Assembly: GCA_034521515.1 (NCBI GenBank)
Contig: JAXHMH010000002.1
Span: forward strand, 152,379 to 216,378
Length of the DNA: 64,000 nt
Source of the DNA: Candidatus Saccharimonadota bacterium
GTDB taxonomy: Bacteria > Patescibacteriota > Saccharimonadia > Saccharimonadales > JAXHMH01
Direction of reading: 5' to 3'
Position 1 is the stretch's first letter, and every line of letters begins with the position of its first letter. The notes under the pieces are model-generated. The model did not search any database. It was not told the origin of the DNA and saw only the letters and a program-made list of their open reading frames with translations. Made by a program: the position numbers and the translations under genes. Below, piece after piece: positions 28,810 through 38,077 of the stretch.

Positions 28810-30045
28810 CTAACTGCGACGGAACTTCTTGATAATGCCTTCAACGAAACCAAATACCCGAGAGTTCGGTTCACCGGATACGTTAGAATCATGGGGCAAT
28901 AAAAACATATCAAGCAACATAAGACCGACCGTAGTGGCGTATGTTGGGCTTTCCACTGTATCAACCAGACCATTTAATGGTTGCAAGCGACCAACTCTAG
29001 CCGATAGTTGCAGTTTTTCCTTGGTAAAGTCAGCGATTCCTGGCATATTTGATGTTCCGCCTACAACAACTACTCCACCAGGAAGCTTTCTGGAGCGTTG
29101 TATCTTTTTCAACTCTTTTTCAACCATCTCTAGTAATTCCTCTACTCGTGCTTCTGTAATGTCGTACACATCCTCGACCGGAAAGTAGTGTTGTTTGTTT
29201 TCAAAATCAACTTTTACGTTTTTTAAACCCCCGGAAGGTTTGTTTAGTGTGGCGTGTTTTACCTTTACGAGCTCTGCAATTTCTAGGTCAGTCTTTAGCC
29301 CTATCGCCAAATCGTTAGTGATATGTAAACCACCAACCGGTATAACCGCTACATGGTGTACTTCTCCGTCTTCTATGACTGCTAGATTAGTCGTTCCTGC
29401 ACCAATATCAAGAACCAGGGTGCCTGCCTCTTTTTGCTGCCTGTTAAGTACAGCTTCTGCCGCTGCAAGACTGGAAACCGTATAGTTTGAAGCAGTCAAG
29501 TTAGTTTTTTCTAACACCATGTCCAAACTTTTTAGATTTGGAGCTATCGCTGTCACAATATGTGTATCAACCTCTAGCCGCACTCCGTGCATACCCACTG
29601 GATCTTTGATGTTGTCCTGCCCGTCCAATCTGTAGTTTTTGGCAAAAACTTGAATAATCTCTCTGTTTGGCGGTAATTGAACAATTGTTGCAGCTTCTTC
29701 TGCTCTAAGCCTGTCTTCAGCTGTAATTTCTTTATTAGCTGCACTAATCGCCACGACACCTCTGGAGTTCATGCCAGCCACATGGGCACCGTTAATATTA
29801 GCCGTAGCGTGACGTATCTGTACACCAGATACACGTTCTGCCTCTGTAACAGCTTTTGTGACAGCATCAGCGACTTCCTCAACATGAACAGTCACTCCTT
29901 TACGCATACCGGTATTTATTGCACTGCCGTGCCCGATGATCGTAGGTTTAGATGCATCTTGCTGATCCACCATACCAACAACACAGCGAACAGTATGTGT
30001 TCCTATGTCGAGACCTATAAAATGATTGGGCGATTGTTCGCGCAT
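28810..30045 (-). CDS. ftsA: Cell division protein FtsA
   Basis: Actin-fold motifs IGLDIGTHTVRCVVG and LDIGAGTTNLAVI, located upstream of ftsZ. Confidence 0.92.
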   Translation of the reverse strand: MREQSPNHFIGLDIGTHTVRCVVGMVDQQDASKPTIIGHGSAINTGMRKGVTVHVEEVADAVTKAVTEAERVSGVQIRHATANINGAHVAGMNSRGVVAISAANKEITAEDRLRAEEAATIVQLPPNREIIQVFAKNYRLDGQDNIKDPVGMHGVRLEVDTHIVTAIAPNLKSLDMVLEKTNLTASNYTVSSLAAAEAVLNRQQKEAGTLVLDIGAGTTNLAVIEDGEVHHVAVIPVGGLHITNDLAIGLKTDLEIAELVKVKHATLNKPSGGLKNVKVDFENKQHYFPVEDVYDITEARVEELLEMVEKELKKIQRSRKLPGGVVVVGGTSNMPGIADFTKEKLQLSARVGRLQPLNGLVDTVESPTYATTVGLMLLDMFLLPHDSNVSGEPNSRVFGFVEGIIKKFRRS

Positions 30046-30108
30046 GCTGGCAGTATAGCAACCACTTGTCGATTCTTCTAGCGGTTAGTGTCAACCTGAG
30101 TACAGATT

Positions 30109-30879
30109 TTATGAAAGAGTCGTTAGAATTTCGTAACCATCGTCCGTGATTAATACGCTGTGTTCAAAATGGGCAGCCAGCGAACCGTCCGCAGTTACAA
30201 CTGTCCAACCGTCTTCTGCCATCACAACGTGATGCGCGCCAAGAGTCGCCATAGGCTCGATCGCAATAGTCATGCCAGCCTGTAGAGTAGGTCCGGTGTT
30301 TTGGAGCCCATAATTAGGAATATTCGGCTCTTCGTGGAGTTTGTGTCCGACTCCGTGGCCAACCAAATCCCGCACTATACCGTATCCTCCTCGTTCTAGG
30401 CTTTGTTGTACAGCGAAACCGATATCACCCACTCTCACGCCATCGCGCACCACATCAATACCGGCCAGCAGTGATGCTTCGGTGTCTTTTATGAGCCGGG
30501 TAACTGATGGTTTTTTAGCGTTCCCTGCGATAACACTGATGGCAGAATCAGTGATCATGCCTTTATACGTCACACCGAAATCCATACTTACAATATCGCC
30601 TTCTTCAATTACTCGGTTTGCTCGCGGGATACCGTGAACAACCTCTTCATTAATCGAAACACACAGAACGTCAGGAAAGCTATCAGATCCCCCGGGGTAG
30701 CCAAGAAAGCTTGGTTTACCGCCAAGCCGTTTTAGTTCATCTCGAGCAATATCAGCAAGCTGTTTAGTCGAAACACCTGGAGCCACTTTATTACGTAGTA
30801 ACTGATGCACGGTTGCAAGTATTTTACCTGACTCACGCATATGTTTGATTTCTGTATCTGTCTTGACTTGCGTAAACAT
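30109..30879 (-). CDS. map: Methionine aminopeptidase type I
   Basis: 256 aa with HGIP.., ..D.G....G...D.. and HGVGHKLHEEP metal-ligand motifs. Confidence 0.93.
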   Translation of the reverse strand: MFTQVKTDTEIKHMRESGKILATVHQLLRNKVAPGVSTKQLADIARDELKRLGGKPSFLGYPGGSDSFPDVLCVSINEEVVHGIPRANRVIEEGDIVSMDFGVTYKGMITDSAISVIAGNAKKPSVTRLIKDTEASLLAGIDVVRDGVRVGDIGFAVQQSLERGGYGIVRDLVGHGVGHKLHEEPNIPNYGLQNTGPTLQAGMTIAIEPMATLGAHHVVMAEDGWTVVTADGSLAAHFEHSVLITDDGYEILTTLS

Positions 30880-30888
30880 GCTAATAGT

Positions 30889-31425
30889 CTAGCCCTGTTT
30901 TATTGTCTGCACGATTTCACTATGTACTGTCTGTATTGGACGCTCTCCGTTTATAGTATGCACCGTTACACCTGCATCCTTAAATTCCTCGAGTATCGGC
31001 AAAATTGACTCCTTATATTCAGAAAACCGCTCACTTATAGCATCGTGATGGTCATCCTGTCGACCACGCTCTATAAGCCTGCTCCTCACCACTTCTTCCG
31101 TAGCAGTCAGATGTACAACGTGGGTTATTTTAAGTTGACCATGCTTGGCTTGGCTCAACAGCCAATCGGCTTGCTTAATCGTCCGCGGGAACCCATCAAG
31201 TACAAACTCTTGTTTTATATCTATCAGGCTAAAAATTTTATTCACCAGTGCAATTATCTCTTTGTCGGCTAACAATTGGCCGGCTAACATCTCTTTGCGT
31301 CTTTCGCCCGCTATCAACATTCTCAAGAATTCACCGGTAGACAACCATGGCAGCCCAAGTTCATCAGCCAACATCCTGCCCTGCATACTCTTACCTGAAC
31401 CGGCCACTCCCATAAATATAATCAT
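30889..31425 (-). CDS. adk: Adenylate kinase (short form)
   Basis: P-loop GVAGSGKS and VLDGFPRT. 178 aa. 4-nt overlap with the upstream gene. Confidence 0.85.
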   Translation of the reverse strand: MIIFMGVAGSGKSMQGRMLADELGLPWLSTGEFLRMLIAGERRKEMLAGQLLADKEIIALVNKIFSLIDIKQEFVLDGFPRTIKQADWLLSQAKHGQLKITHVVHLTATEEVVRSRLIERGRQDDHHDAISERFSEYKESILPILEEFKDAGVTVHTINGERPIQTVHSEIVQTIKQG

Positions 31426-31898
31426 GTGTTGAGCTTTCCTTTCACAACTTTTGCTATACGTCCACCATCAGCAGAAACACCAACTCGGTCTTTCACAGCC
31501 TTTATCACCCGACCCATGTCTTTGACGTCTTTTGCTTCAGTAGAAGCAATCACTTCGTCGACGATAGCTTGTAGTTCACTATCTGTGATTTGCTTAGGCA
31601 AATATTTTTCTATGGCGGATTTCTCGGCTAGCTCCGCTTCAGCATTTTGGGTGTTTCCGCCATCTTTATACATGTCTGCACTTTCCTGGCGACGTTTCAC
31701 TTCTTTTTGTAATACTTGAATGACTTCCTCATCCGGCAAACCCTTATCGCGCGCCGCTTTTTCGATTTCAGCATCTAAAATAACGCTCTTCAAGCCTTGA
31801 AGCGTAACTGTCAGCGTCTTATCACCAGCCAGCATAGCAGTTTTTAAGTCTTGGTTAATTTGTTCTTTTACGCTCATATTTCTCCGAAAGTGTATCAA
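31422..31898 (-). CDS. yqeY: GatB/YqeY domain protein
   Basis: KEQINQDLKTAMLAGDK..LQGLKS..YLPKQITDSELQAIVDEVI, typical YqeY pattern. Confidence 0.85.
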   Translation of the reverse strand: MIHFRRNMSVKEQINQDLKTAMLAGDKTLTVTLQGLKSVILDAEIEKAARDKGLPDEEVIQVLQKEVKRRQESADMYKDGGNTQNAEAELAEKSAIEKYLPKQITDSELQAIVDEVIASTEAKDVKDMGRVIKAVKDRVGVSADGGRIAKVVKGKLNT

Positions 31899-32067
31899 AG
31901 ATTCCCTGTATTTAATACGGACTCAATTAATTTTACAGCACTTACCCGGATGCGTCGCTTGCACGCAAGCATGAGCAATACCTAAATAACAACAAAATAA
32001 CTAAACATCACGCGGCCAATTAGCATATCCGAGAAAATGTCATATTACGCTGATAGATTACCTAGTT

Positions 32068-32283
32068 TTAGCGCTGGCCAAGTTTTAGTTTTTTAACTTT
32101 ATCAGCTTTACGAGCGCGTCGAACAATAGCTTTTTGGCGACGATCTCGTTTGCTCATAGGCTTCTCATAATATTGCGATTGTTTCGCAACGAGGATAATC
32201 CCGGACTGCTGCACTTTACGTGTAAAACGTCGCAGCATATTTTCCAGTGGCTCTTTAGAATCTTTACGTGTTACTTGAATCAT
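32068..32283 (-). CDS. rpsU: 30S ribosomal protein S21
   Basis: ..LENMLRRFTRKVQQSGI..YYEKPMSKRDRRQKA.. 71 aa. Confidence 0.92.
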   Translation of the reverse strand: MIQVTRKDSKEPLENMLRRFTRKVQQSGIILVAKQSQYYEKPMSKRDRRQKAIVRRARKADKVKKLKLGQR

Positions 32284-32321
32284 GTGATGTATTGTAGTCT
32301 AACAGAGGAAGAATTGCAACC

Positions 32322-32615
32322 CTACAGCGTGTTTTGTTGCCTTTTTTGATTATGACGTTGCGATTTTAACACTATACTTTGTAACTCTTTGAATATAGTG
32401 AAGTGTTTATTGGTGTGATATATCTTGGTATTGCCTTGTTTTTCTGATATCAGAAAGCCTATTTTCTCAAGACGTTTGAGCTCACGTTGTATATTACCTG
32501 CATCTTCCTTAATAAGTTTTGCAAGCCCTCTCACGTGCGTTTTGAAGTCGGGGTACTTGGCGTACACCACGATTATCTTTCGCCTAACTCTGGATGTAAT
32601 GAATACGTCTAACAT
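32322..32615 (-). CDS. Small winged-helix transcriptional regulator (ArsR/MarR-like)
   Basis: 97 aa. HVRGLAKLIKEDAGNIQRELKRLEKIGFLISEKQGNTKIY fits an HTH-plus-wing pattern. Confidence 0.6.
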   Translation of the reverse strand: MLDVFITSRVRRKIIVVYAKYPDFKTHVRGLAKLIKEDAGNIQRELKRLEKIGFLISEKQGNTKIYHTNKHFTIFKELQSIVLKSQRHNQKRQQNTL

Positions 32616-32704
32616 AAGCTTTTATTGTCATTAGAACAACGTGACTGTAGTATACCTCCCACTTTCTCACATTTCAACAGCTTTTCATCAGACTGACCAA
32701 TATA

Positions 32705-34669
32705 ATGAACTATACTGGGTGTATGTATTATTACGAAGTCTGGGTGGCAAGCCAGCGATTCCACGGCGACAAACCGTTAACCTATGCTTCAAAGATGAAT
32801 CTTGCTCGAGGTACTTTGGTTGTCGTTCCATTACAGCAACAACCAGTTATCGGTATTGTCATTGAGCAAAGTAACGAGCCAAGTTTTAAAACTAAAGAAA
32901 TTTCCCGACAAATAGGATCAAACTCTTTACCTGACCCATTGATTAAACTTATCGATTGGCTGCGGCTATACTATCCTGCTTCGCTTGGAGGCTTATTGCA
33001 GGCTTTCCTTCCAAGTACGCTACTTAAAACAAGTCGACTCAAAGAAACCACAGACCGGGCAGTCAAATCGTTCCAGCCGAAAATCGAATTACCTAAACTT
33101 ACTGCCGAACAAGAATCGGCAATCTCAACCATAGAATCTTCGAACCAAACAACTACTCTTATACATGGCGACACTGGTAGCGGTAAAACACGAGTATACA
33201 TTGAACTGGTTCGTAAAGCTTTTGCAAAACAACAGTCATCAATTATCCTGACCCCCGAGATCGGGCTTACGCCACAACTTGCTCAGACTTTTCTAGATAC
33301 GTTTGGCGACCGGGTTGTAGTGCTGCACTCCGGACTCACTGCAGCACAAAGACGAGATATTTGGCTCCGTGTACTCGAAAGCGATGAACCATTAATTGTC
33401 GTCGGTACGCGCTCGGCATTGTTCGCCCCAATCAAAAAAGTTGGCTTAATCGTTATCGACGAAATGCATGACCAAGCATATAAACAAGAATCCGCACCAT
33501 ATTATCAAGCCACCCGTGTTGCTGGGCAACTAGCAAAACTACATCAATCTAAACTCATAATGGGCTCCGCGACTCCTCCTGCTGCTGATTATTATTTACT
33601 CCAGAAAAAAGGCGTTCCGATTGTTCGCATGTCAGAATCCGCTATAGGCAGAATCCGTCCGGCAGACATAGAAACAGTAAAACTAGAAAATCGGGAGCAC
33701 TTTACAAGATCGGCTCACCTTTCCAATCAGTTAATAAAACACGTTGAAACGGCACTGGCAAACAACGAACAATCAATCATATTCTTAAACCGCCGCGGAA
33801 CAGCTCGTGTCGTGCTGTGCCAACGGTGTGGGTGGCAATCACTTTGCCCTCGGTGTGACATAACCCTTACATACCACGGGGACTCGCACCGAGTTCTGTG
33901 CCATACATGCGGTCACAATACGGTTGCACCTCCAGTTTGCCCAAGCTGCAATAACCACGACATTAGTTTTAAAAGTATTGGCACGAAATACCTTGTAGAC
34001 GAACTCATGCGCATATTCCCAAAAGCTCGCGTTCAACGATTTGATACCGATAGTACGAAATCAGAAAGGTTAGAACAGCAATACAAACAGGTTAAGTCCG
34101 GCAAAATTGATATACTGGTTGGAACGCAGTTACTTAGCAAAGGTCTTGATTTGCCGCAATTGAGTGTTATTGGTGTTGTTCTAGCAGATACCGGTTTGCT
34201 TATTCCCGATTTCACGGCTAACGAGCTCACATATCAACAACTAACTCAGATTATGGGTCGTGTTGGACGCGGGCACCGCCACGGACATATCGTTATTCAG
34301 AGTTATCACCCAGACAACCCTGCCATCAAAACGGCCATCCAACGAGACTACCAGGCGTTTTATGAGCAAGAGATCGCCGAACGGAAACAATACAACTTCC
34401 CGCCCTTTGTGTTCCTCCTTAAGCTAGCTTGTATGCGAGCGAACAACACAAGTGCTCAAAATGCTTGTAACAGCTTGGCGGAAAGCCTAGGTCGGCAACA
34501 TCCAAAATTGGAAATTATTGGACCAACCCCAGCATTCCATGCCAAACAGAACAATAAATTTCGTTGGCAGCTTATCGTTAAATCATCCAGCCGCCAAGTG
34601 CTAACAGAGATTATTAGAGAACTACCGACAAATTGGTCGTATGATATTGATCCAGCAAATTTATTATAG
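32705..34669 (+). CDS. priA: Primosomal protein N' (replication restart helicase PriA)
   Basis: LTAEQESAI, HGDTGSGKTRVY (Walker A), DEMHD and the Cys-rich CQRCGW..CPRCD..CHTCGH..CPSC region. The true start may be a few codons downstream (MYYYEVWV). Confidence 0.92.
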   Translation: MNYTGCMYYYEVWVASQRFHGDKPLTYASKMNLARGTLVVVPLQQQPVIGIVIEQSNEPSFKTKEISRQIGSNSLPDPLIKLIDWLRLYYPASLGGLLQAFLPSTLLKTSRLKETTDRAVKSFQPKIELPKLTAEQESAISTIESSNQTTTLIHGDTGSGKTRVYIELVRKAFAKQQSSIILTPEIGLTPQLAQTFLDTFGDRVVVLHSGLTAAQRRDIWLRVLESDEPLIVVGTRSALFAPIKKVGLIVIDEMHDQAYKQESAPYYQATRVAGQLAKLHQSKLIMGSATPPAADYYLLQKKGVPIVRMSESAIGRIRPADIETVKLENREHFTRSAHLSNQLIKHVETALANNEQSIIFLNRRGTARVVLCQRCGWQSLCPRCDITLTYHGDSHRVLCHTCGHNTVAPPVCPSCNNHDISFKSIGTKYLVDELMRIFPKARVQRFDTDSTKSERLEQQYKQVKSGKIDILVGTQLLSKGLDLPQLSVIGVVLADTGLLIPDFTANELTYQQLTQIMGRVGRGHRHGHIVIQSYHPDNPAIKTAIQRDYQAFYEQEIAERKQYNFPPFVFLLKLACMRANNTSAQNACNSLAESLGRQHPKLEIIGPTPAFHAKQNNKFRWQLIVKSSSRQVLTEIIRELPTNWSYDIDPANLL

Positions 34670-34714
34670 TAAAAGTTCCTCTGTTAACCTGTTTGCGATA
34701 TACTAAATAGCAAG

Positions 34715-35290
34715 ATGAATAAAAATAGTATAATTGCCTTACCGAATCGACATCTACGTGAGCGCTCTAAGCGAGTTGGTTACATAAGCTCTGAGGTTAA
34801 ACAACTAATTGACGATATGAAGGCTGCAACACTCGACTGGGAGGACAGCCGAGAACATGAGGTCGGAGTTGCACTTGCAGCAGCACAGGTTGAGCAGCTT
34901 CTACGCATCATAATTGTGCGTGATAATTTTGACGATAAAAACAATCGTGAATTTAGCGTATTTATCAATCCGCAAATCAGTAAATACGAAGGCATCATTG
35001 AGGAAGATTATGAGGGCTGTTTAAGCGTAAAAGATATTTATGGCAAAGTGCCGCGTCATACAAAGGTGAAAGTCAAAGCACTTGATGAAACCGGTCAACC
35101 TATAAGAGTAACGGCTGAGGGCTTTTTGGCTCGCGTCTTTCAGCACGAAATCGACCACAATAACGGCATAATGTTCATCGACCACATAAAAGACGATCCT
35201 AGCGCCTTTTTCAGACTCGAATCTGACGGTAAATTAATCAAACTTGATTATGATAAAGACATCAAAGACAACCCTAAACTCTGGCAGTAA
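34715..35290 (+). CDS. def: Peptide deformylase
   Basis: EGCLSV and HEIDH motifs. Confidence 0.93.
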   Translation: MNKNSIIALPNRHLRERSKRVGYISSEVKQLIDDMKAATLDWEDSREHEVGVALAAAQVEQLLRIIIVRDNFDDKNNREFSVFINPQISKYEGIIEEDYEGCLSVKDIYGKVPRHTKVKVKALDETGQPIRVTAEGFLARVFQHEIDHNNGIMFIDHIKDDPSAFFRLESDGKLIKLDYDKDIKDNPKLWQ

Positions 35291-36215
35291 AATTGTTTTC
35301 TTCGGAAACGAACGGTTGGCAACCGGAGTCTCTACCGAAGCACCAGTTTTAACTGATCTAATAGAAGCAGGTTATGACGTGACTGCCATTGTAGCCAATT
35401 ACGAGATGGGGTGTTCTCGCAAGACTCAGACTTTAGAAGTTCAAAAAATCTCAGAAGAACACAATATCCCAATTTTATTCCCAGATAAGCCGACCCGAAT
35501 AAAAGATCAGCTGATTAATTTTCATGCCGAGATTGCGGTACTAGCAGCCTATGGCAAGATTATCCCCCAAAGCATCATAGATGTTTTCCCTAAAGGTATT
35601 GTCAATATCCACCCTTCACTATTACCGCTCCATCGTGGATCAACCCCAATTGAAAGTGTAATTTTAGCCGGAGAGGAGAAAACCGGTGTATCACTCATGA
35701 GTCTGGTTAGCGCTATGGATGCCGGTCCTGTGTACAGCCAGTCTGAGGTAGAGCTCAGTGGCACGGAGACAAAGCAAGAGCTGGCAGACTCTCTAGGCAG
35801 TATTGGCGGATCAATGCTTCGTGAATTATTACCAGACATATTAAACGACAGTGTAGTCGCACTGCCCCAAGACGCAGATAGCGCAACCTACGACAGCCTT
35901 ATTCAAAAAAGTGATGGGGTTATTGACTGGCATAAATCAGCAGTTCAGCTTGAAAGAGAAATTCGAGCATTTTCCGCCTGGCCTGGTAGCCGTACAGAAA
36001 TTGCCGAAAAAGATGTCATCATCACAAAAGCACAAACCAAACCAAAGAAACCAGGATCCGCACCTGGTTCTGTCTCAGTAACCGATGACAACGCTCTGCT
36101 TGTACAAACATCAGACGGCTCGTTGTGTATAGAGCGCCTAAAACCTGCCGGTAAACGCGAGATGTCCGCAAAAGAATTCTTGCTAGGTTACGGAAACCAA
36201 ATTTTTACAAAATAG
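35244..36215 (+). CDS. fmt: Methionyl-tRNA formyltransferase
   Basis: KIVFFGNERLA.., NIHPSLLPLHRGSTPIE. Overlaps the def 3' end; the exact start is uncertain. Confidence 0.9.
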   Translation: MIMIKTSKTTLNSGSKIVFFGNERLATGVSTEAPVLTDLIEAGYDVTAIVANYEMGCSRKTQTLEVQKISEEHNIPILFPDKPTRIKDQLINFHAEIAVLAAYGKIIPQSIIDVFPKGIVNIHPSLLPLHRGSTPIESVILAGEEKTGVSLMSLVSAMDAGPVYSQSEVELSGTETKQELADSLGSIGGSMLRELLPDILNDSVVALPQDADSATYDSLIQKSDGVIDWHKSAVQLEREIRAFSAWPGSRTEIAEKDVIITKAQTKPKKPGSAPGSVSVTDDNALLVQTSDGSLCIERLKPAGKREMSAKEFLLGYGNQIFTK

Positions 36216-36228
36216 GGGTTATAATTGA

Positions 36229-36570
36229 CTATTGAGACGGTTGATCGTGCTGAGCACTATCTTCAGCAGCAGCTACAATTTGTGGAGCACTGGCTTTGAC
36301 TTCAGCTTTTAGCTTTTCCAGCTCCTCGGCGACAACTTTTTTATAGTCAGGGAAATTGCTTTCTAACCACTTTAAGGCGCCTGTTTCGTCACTGCTGTCA
36401 ATAAAGCTTTCAAACTCGTCAAGTTGCTCATTGCTCATCTGTTCAGCTAGCCGTACACCGACACGCATCTCTAATGTTTCATAAATATGAGCCAGCATTT
36501 TATTCTTCTCTTCATTTGGCAGAGATCCTAAGCCAAGTTCTACAAGTAAGTTATTATCAAGTTTAAACAT
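36229..36570 (-). CDS. Conserved hypothetical protein (113 aa, helical, acidic)
   Basis: ORF MFKLDNNLLVELGLGSLPNEEKNKMLAHIYE.. No family assigned with confidence. Confidence 0.6.
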   Translation of the reverse strand: MFKLDNNLLVELGLGSLPNEEKNKMLAHIYETLEMRVGVRLAEQMSNEQLDEFESFIDSSDETGALKWLESNFPDYKKVVAEELEKLKAEVKASAPQIVAAAEDSAQHDQPSQ

Positions 36571-36604
36571 GTATCTCCTTCCTTAATGGTACTATTCTAC
36601 CATT

Positions 36605-38029
36605 TTAAACCAACACGTAGGCAATAAGCAGTAATACGAGTATAAAAATTGCGCCCATGAAACCTTGTTGAGCTGCTTGTTTATATAGTTCTGATTGCTG
36701 CTCGTCCTGAGTTTTATTGTTTAATTTACTACTATTAACAGTATCCTGTCTAACACTTAAAGAACCCGGTGTTTGTTGTAATATTGACCCTACTGATACC
36801 GCTCCAGGTTGCGATTTATTGGTAGCCTCGTCACGGACTTCGTGGCTACGTTCATAGACACGCTCTACTGGTGCATCCACCTCAGCGGCGGCAAGCATTT
36901 CCTTAAGAACTTTTTCCGGATTTTCATGCTTATTCTCGTACTCGCGGACTTTTTCAGCAAACCGCCTTGCAACCGTTTCTGTCTTTGATGCTTTTTCAGC
37001 TTCTTGGTACTGCGGCACACGACGCTCCGGTGTGTCAACCGTTTGGCTTTTTGGTGGTGATTTCTCAAACGCTGATGGATGATATTGCTTGTATTCTGGG
37101 GTTGTACTAGGATGCGGCCGCTCGCTAATTTTATTCTCTATCGGCTTACCCTTATACTCGGTCTGCATCTGTTCTGCCATGGATTCATACCGAGCAACTT
37201 GTTGACGTAATGCATCGGTCTGTTCTTTAGCCTCACGTGCTTGTTTTTCTTGTTGCCGGTTCTGTTTATGTACACGCTCAAGCTCATCACCCTGTTTGTG
37301 CGTGCGCTTCTTTAGACGCCGATCGGCACGCTTTCTGGCCACTTTTTCGGTACGTAGATCAGCTTCTGTTGCACCCCTAAAAACTTCGCGTTTTGCTGGC
37401 GCATCTGTCTCGTACCCTTCTGCTTGCAGCTCTGTGACCGTATCTGTAGTATCTACCTCTAAATCGTTTTTCTCATCCTCATATCGACGTTGCATCTCTT
37501 CTACCGGAAACGCCGGATACGGTGTAAACTCCTCGTCGTCAACTGATAATGACGACTCATGCGTTTCATCGGCGTTAACAACAGACTCCTGTTTAGGATA
37601 CTTACCCGGCTCATGACTTGCCGCAACACTGTCTTCTTGCGAGTCCAGAAAGTCTTCATGAGAAGTCTCGGCAGATTTATTTCCGACGAAATATTGTTCA
37701 CTTCCGATAAATTGTCCGCTTTCACTATAATAATCGTCTAAATTCTTGGCGGGCAACGATTCACGCTCATCGCTAGGTATAGCCTCACTGTTTTCATTTC
37801 TTACAACGTCCAAACCGACAAACTTACCAAAAAAACGCCGTAAAACACCTTTTTTATTGTCAGGCTCCTCTGGCTGATCTTCTTTTTGTTCAGATCGAGC
37901 AAGCCAGGATGCTACAAAACTTGGCCACTTGCGTGTCTTCTTTTTACCGAGCCGCTTTTCTTCATCAGTTTCGTCCGTTGAATCTTCATAATATTGCGAA
38001 CGCTCAAAATTCTCCATAACAGCGTACAA
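36605..38029 (-). CDS. Tail-anchored, highly charged low-complexity protein (474 aa)
   Basis: E/K/Q-rich sequence with a coiled-coil-like stretch (KQNRQQEKQAREAKEQTDALRQQVARYE). A single TM helix sits at the extreme C-terminus (GFMGAIFILVLLLIAYVLV). Confidence 0.65.
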   Translation of the reverse strand: MYAVMENFERSQYYEDSTDETDEEKRLGKKKTRKWPSFVASWLARSEQKEDQPEEPDNKKGVLRRFFGKFVGLDVVRNENSEAIPSDERESLPAKNLDDYYSESGQFIGSEQYFVGNKSAETSHEDFLDSQEDSVAASHEPGKYPKQESVVNADETHESSLSVDDEEFTPYPAFPVEEMQRRYEDEKNDLEVDTTDTVTELQAEGYETDAPAKREVFRGATEADLRTEKVARKRADRRLKKRTHKQGDELERVHKQNRQQEKQAREAKEQTDALRQQVARYESMAEQMQTEYKGKPIENKISERPHPSTTPEYKQYHPSAFEKSPPKSQTVDTPERRVPQYQEAEKASKTETVARRFAEKVREYENKHENPEKVLKEMLAAAEVDAPVERVYERSHEVRDEATNKSQPGAVSVGSILQQTPGSLSVRQDTVNSSKLNNKTQDEQQSELYKQAAQQGFMGAIFILVLLLIAYVLV

Positions 38030-38077
38030 TTATACAATTTTTACTCGTGATATTCAAATTACAAACTGCAGCATTGT

